Source: Pristiophorus japonicus
Taxonomy: Eukaryota
DNA: 64,000 bases
Direction: 5' to 3'
NCBI RefSeq assembly: GCF_044704955.1
Contig: NC_091997.1
Location: 62,434,001-62,498,000 of the forward strand
Shown here: positions 61,801 through 64,000 of the stretch, piece by piece
Layout of the letters: the number at the start of each line of letters is the position of its first letter
How positions within the stretch are numbered: the stretch's first letter is position 1
Program-made: the position numbers and the translations under genes
Notes under the pieces: model-generated
Seen by the model: the letters and a program-made list of their open reading frames with translations, nothing else
Database searches by the model: none
What the model was told of the DNA's origin: nothing

Positions 61801-62675
61801 TCCTACACCAATGCCCCAGCCACGTATTTATCTGACTAGCCTTCCTATTTCTACCCTCACTAGTACGTGGCACTGGCAGTAATCCCGAGATTACCATCTT
61901 TGAGGTCCTGGCTTTCAATCTTACGCCTAGCTCCCTAAACTCAGCTTTCAGGACCTCGCCCGTCTACCAATGTGAACCACAACCACTGGCTGTTCCCCTT
62001 CCCTCCCCAGAATGCCCTGCAGTCGCTCAGTGACATCATTGACCCTTGCACCAGGGAGGCAACACACCATCCTGATAGTTTTGCTGCCGCAGAAGCGCCT
62101 ATCCGCTCCCCTCACTATTGAATCTCTTATCGCTATAGCCCTTCCCGTCTTTCTCTTCCCCCCATGTGCAGCTGAGCCACCCACGGTGCTGTAGACTTGG
62201 CCCTGGCTGCACTCCCCAGAGGCATCACCGCCCTCGCCAGAATAGCCTCAGGGGACTCCTGCACTACCTGCCTCGCCATACTCTTGTGTGCAACGGTCAC
62301 CCATTCCCTGTACACTTTTAATCTGTGGGGTGACCAACGCCTGAAACGAGCTATCCACGTGCCTCTCGGATGCTCCTCGGTGCCTCCAGTCCTCGCTCAA
62401 GCTCCGAGACTCGGCGGTCGAGTTGGAGGAGCTGGAGACACTTCCTGCACATGTGGTCATCCCCGTTGCGGGAAGCATCCAGGAATTCCCACATGGCACA
62501 GGTGTTGCATTCCGTTTGAACGAGCTGCCCTGCCATCCCACTAGTTACCCTTAAATTACCCAGCAAAAACACTGACTCCCAGCTATTTAGTAATTTATCC
62601 TCTTATCTATTAGAACACAAAATCAAAGATATACTCACCAGCCAACCACTTACCAGCTTGGCTGTGACGTCACTT
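58820..62675 (-). mobile_element. Apparently full-length but decayed CR1 LINE (ORF1 zinc finger/leucine zipper plus esterase; ORF2 APE plus RT)
   Basis: MAGQLVQTECNTCAMWE...CRKCLQLLQL ORF1 start, DSIVRG esterase, VIMGDFN and RT motifs; many small deletions. Confidence 0.93.
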
Positions 62676-62920
62676 TTTGATTTCTTGTCCCTCCTCCCCG
62701 CACTGCTCACTCACCGACTGCCCCAGTGTTAGACAGTGACAGACCTGTACCCACCAGTACTGTACCCTACAGTGACAGACCTGTACCCACCAGCACTGTA
62801 TCCCAGTGTTATACAGTGACAGGATGAAAATTTCCCTCACTGAAAGGACTGTCATTAGCAGATTTGTAGTGAAGTTGTCGCTTTAGCTGTGAATTGATGT
62901 GTTTATGGGGATCTTTTCAG

Positions 62921-63049
62921 AGCCTGGTGAGCTGCCTGGGTGGTCTGTTTCTGAGTGGCGTTTGTAGGATTCTGGCCAAGAACTTGAGGCACAGCCGTGG
63001 GGGCCTCCCTGATCTGGTGGTGTGGAGCAGCCACAGCCTCCAATACAAG
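62921..63049 (+). CDS. FAN1: FAN1 exon 12 (VRR-NUC, catalytic PD)
   Basis: [35 protein letters not shown]. Confidence 0.97.
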
Positions 63050-63459
63050 GTGAGCGAGTCTGAGGTAAGCTTACAACCGGTGTTTGTACCGAGACTGGCC
63101 GAATACCAGGGGCCTGGTCATCCCACCAGTCACAAAGTCAATACACGGATTCAGAATTGATTATTTTTCTCTGTTCTGCTCATTTCCATTCATGTAACGT
63201 CCAAAGGGTGAGACCCAGGGTCCTCAGTATTGTGATCTCACACCCTCCCAAACACACTGGGTGGCTGTGCCCATGGAGCTGTCCTGCAGGGGTGGAGGGA
63301 GGTTTTCCGGGAGAGTGCACATCCTTGCACACTGTGCTGCCTGAATATCGAATGTTCCTTTAACACAATCTCTTCCTGATTTTTATGTCTGTATTGCTGT
63401 CACACCTGAGGTGATCTCACTTTAAACGCTCCTTACCTGTTTCTCTCTTTGGTTTCCAG

Positions 63460-63597
63460 CTGGTAGAAGTGAAAGGTCCGAGTGACCGACTCTCCCACAA
63501 GCAGACAGTGTGGTTGGATCAGCTGCGGAGACTTGGGGCCGATGCGGAGGTTTGCCACGTCAGTGCGGTCGGTGCACGGAGTCACCGGCTCAGCTAA
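63460..63597 (+). CDS. FAN1: FAN1 exon 13 (VRR-NUC EVK motif, stop)
   Basis: [34 protein letters not shown]...HRLS*; total spliced CDS 2376 bp = 791 aa. Confidence 0.97.
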   Translation: MVEVKGPSDRLSHKQTVWLDQLRRLGADAEVCHVSAVGARSHRLS

Positions 63598-63811
63598 TCC
63601 CCCGGAATCCAGGACCCCCCCCCCTCGTACCAGACCTGCTCCCATACCCGCATTCATTCTCTCTCTCTCTCCTCCGTGTGTCCCACGGGACCATGAAGCC
63701 CACGGCTGAAGGTGAACTACTTGGATGATGTAGTGGCAGACAGCCCATGTCTGCAGGAACATGTCATGCCCTGCGGGAGGTGCTGCTGAGCCAGGCCCAG
63801 ACAAAGCAGGA

Positions 63812-63817
63812 AATAAA
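63812..63817 (+). terminator. Candidate FAN1 polyadenylation signal
   Basis: AATAAA about 215 bp after the stop; a second one at 63979-63984. Confidence 0.4.
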
Positions 63818-64000
63818 TGGCTGCTCCTGCTGTCAAACTGCCTAAAAATTTGAGATGTTGGAATGTCAGCATTAGAAAATGTAACAGCATCAGGAAGCTG
63901 CAAAGCAAGGGGGGAAATGGGCTAAAAAGTGGCAGATGGAATTTAGGGCTACAGGTTCATAGGACATAAAGCTGTAAAAATAAATAGATCAAGCCGAGGA

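Overview
Eukaryotic vertebrate genomic DNA; the CR1 LINE, Deu-domain SINE and satellite content suggests a shark or other cartilaginous fish (inference). I assembled three intron-containing genes by hand from GT-AG boundaries and reading phase. (1) APBA2 (Mint2/X11-beta), minus strand: its first two coding exons (5142-4258, 1043-963); the gene continues beyond the left edge. (2) Complete MPHOSPH10, plus strand: 11 exons, 25781-42624, 659 aa. (3) Complete FAN1, plus strand: 13 exons, 44470-63597, 791 aa. Introns and intergenic DNA are packed with nested CR1/L2-type LINEs, SINEs, a solo LTR and many GC-rich minisatellites. There are no CRISPR arrays or prokaryotic systems, and I recognised no RNA genes. 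The most notable observations are: a catalytically intact FAN1 whose N-terminus appears to lack the UBZ4 zinc finger and the SPYF MLH1-binding box; a FAN1 promoter built from about 24 tandem CCAAT/GC-box units; a tandemly multiplied splice donor in MPHOSPH10; a FAN1 splice acceptor supplied by a CR1 tail; a ~170-bp-arm inverted repeat in an APBA2 intron; and the apparent absence of MCEE from its usual syntenic position. Homology statements rest on recalled protein and repeat sequences, not database searches.
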